58,508 nt of DNA, from NCBI GenBank assembly GCA_043747615.1, contig JAYTOU010000050.1, positions 1 through 58,508 of the forward strand. The letters are read 5' to 3'. Shown one piece after another: positions 57,901 to 58,508 of this stretch (the first letter of the stretch is position 1; every line of letters begins with the position of its first letter). The translations under genes were made by a program, and so were the position numbers. The notes under the pieces are model-generated. The model worked only from the letters and a program-made list of their open reading frames with translations, made no database searches and was not told the DNA's origin. The DNA is from Myxococcales bacterium (GTDB lineage: Bacteria; Myxococcota_A; Polyangia; Polyangiales; Polyangiaceae).

Positions 57901-58508
57901 AAGAAGCGCAGCGTCAGACGGCGGACGCGCACTCCGCTTACCAGCGGGCGATGGCCGACAGTCATCTTGCGTTCTTGAAGACGGCCGAGACCTCCTTCGC
58001 CGGGCTGAGCGCAATGCTCACCGGCGAGCCCGCGGTGCACGCCGTGTCGGCGATCCACGCGCCGGTCGTGATCCCTTCGCCGCCCGTCATGCAACCGATC
58101 GCCGCTCCTGCTCCGGTGGCCGTTCTTTCCGCGCCGGTGGCCGTCCTTCCCGCGCCGGTGGCCGTCCTTCCCGCGCCGGTCGTGCACGCGCCTGTCGTTC
58201 AATCCGCTCCTCCTGCGGTTGATCTCGAAGCGCTCCTTCTCGCGATCGTCGCGGAAAAGACGGGCTATCCGGCAGAAATGCTCGGCGGCCACATGGAGCT
58301 CGAAGCGGATCTCGGGATCGACTCCATCAAGCGGGTCGAGATCCTTTCAGCCATGCGCGAGCGCGCCTCCGGTTTACGCGAAGTGAAACCGACCGAGCTC
58401 GCTGCCTTGCGCACGCTCGGTCAGATCGTCGATCACATGCGCGCTCACGGCGGCGCCGCCGTTCACACGAATGGAACGAACGGCACCAACGGTCATGCCC
58501 ACGCTGCC
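54906..58508 (+). CDS. pfaA: Iterative PUFA-synthase subunit, KS-MAT-ACP... (PfaA / myxobacterial pfa2), partial, runs off the window
   Basis: ATG 54906 MSDSKRHQVPIAVVG; in-frame DAACASS (from ~55524), EAHGTGT, IGHTK, YPGQGSQY, GHSFG (~56934), AFHS, and ACP EADLGIDSIKRVEIL (~58302). Missing from the ORF track because there is no stop in the window. Confidence 0.93.
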   Translation, partial: MSDSKRHQVPIAVVGASALFPGSSDARGFWSDILAGRDLITDVPATHWLAEDYYDPDPTALDKTYCKRGAFLSPVDFDPMEFGVPPSIVPATDTAQILALIVAQKVLEDAAQGQFATMDRERISVLLGVTSAQELLGSMVSRLQRPVWLKALRESGIPETEAQAVCERIAKSYVPWQESSFPGLLGNVVAGRIANRFDLRGTNAVTDAACASSMAAVSMGVNELQLGQSDLVITGGVDAMNDIFMYMCFSKTPALSPTGDCRPFSDTADGTLLGEGMAMLALKRLEDAERDGDRVYAVLTGIGSASDGRSKSVYAPLPEGQARALRRAYEVAGYDPGTVELVEAHGTGTKAGDAAEFEGLNIAFGESTRKDTQWCALGTVKSQIGHTKAAAGAAGLFKAVMALHHKVLPPTIKIDRPSPKLNIEKSAFYLNTQRRPWIRDASHPRRASVSSFGFGGSNFHIALEEYVPRNDGTGKGKSAWRYRTSPTELVLLSAPNAAELVSRCKALASRTTDLERVARDSQASFKTSDASRLAVIASSAKELADKLTQAAASITKAPDAPFTTPTGIHCAVGTAHAGEIAFLYPGQGSQYVGMGSDVAMAFDMARAAWDAAASQKFDGECVHDVVFPRPVFTDEARDAQTKKLTATEWAQPALGVQSMALANVLHAVGIRPSCVAGHSFGEVAALHEAGALDVASFVKVSRRRGELMRDAAAVSGAMTAVARPIDEVRALLAAIGADVVIANHNAPTQVVLSGATEAIAKVEAALAAKGITAKRLPVATAFHSPLVAGSSAPFLAYLEGVSVAAPAIDVYGNADATPYPKDAPAIRERLAAQLAKPVRFVDEIEAMYARGVRTFVEVGAGSVLTELVGRILGEREHRAVNLDRKGKNGVSSLQEALGRLAVGGVAMDLSVLWAAYAPASDKPAKKPAMAMPISGINYGKPYPPPGGAKDLPPPNPARPVVHAPAAAAVAAPAAAAVAPVASAPAEVPEVHVAWVQAYQEAQRQTADAHSAYQRAMADSHLAFLKTAETSFAGLSAMLTGEPAVHAVSAIHAPVVIPSPPVMQPIAAPAPVAVLSAPVAVLPAPVAVLPAPVVHAPVVQSAPPAVDLEALLLAIVAEKTGYPAEMLGGHMELEADLGIDSIKRVEILSAMRERASGLREVKPTELAALRTLGQIVDHMRAHGGAAVHTNGTNGTNGHAHAA
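58113..58175 (+). repeat. Three 21-bp coding tandem repeats (PVAVL[S/P]A) in the MAT-ACP linker
   Basis: CCGGTGGCCGT(T/C)CTT(T/C)CCGCG x3. Confidence 0.85.

Overview
High-GC, gene-dense 58.5-kb chromosomal window, most likely from a myxobacterium (Polyangiaceae/Sorangiineae-like; inferred from the Cys-rich lipoproteins, the DAG/DGG-rich lipoprotein linkers, the pfa1-pfa2 gene order and the stand-alone EF-G). It holds about 47 CDSs. I found no rRNA, tRNA, CRISPR array or recognisable mobile element. Main blocks: a GH75 chitosanase-like lipoprotein; a stand-alone fusA; a TraB-like OmpA/TSP3 protein followed by two Cys-containing lipoproteins; a DUF3494 ice-binding lipoprotein; a Shewanella-like phosphatase; an uncharacterised three-lipoprotein operon (shared YHPxYHPV motif and His-rich YbjQ-like domains) beside terB; secreted hydrolases; mutH; a pabB-pabA-aroE-pabC-like cluster; a sulfur-assimilation divergon (sulfite reductase plus an unknown protein / cysteine synthase-rhodanese fusion plus APS reductase); a pseudokinase-WD40-TPR gene and a csp gene separated by an 11 x 11-bp tandem repeat; a giant fibro-slime/Cys-repeat lipoprotein; TetR-DUF4188 with two visible operators; sahR-metH plus two methyltransferases; and the start of a PUFA synthase cluster (pfaD, then a pfaA-type gene running off the window and absent from the ORF track). 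Several intergenic gaps contain short gene remnants, and many genes look leaderless (TANNNT 6-7 nt before the start codon). All family assignments come from motifs recognised by eye, not from database searches.
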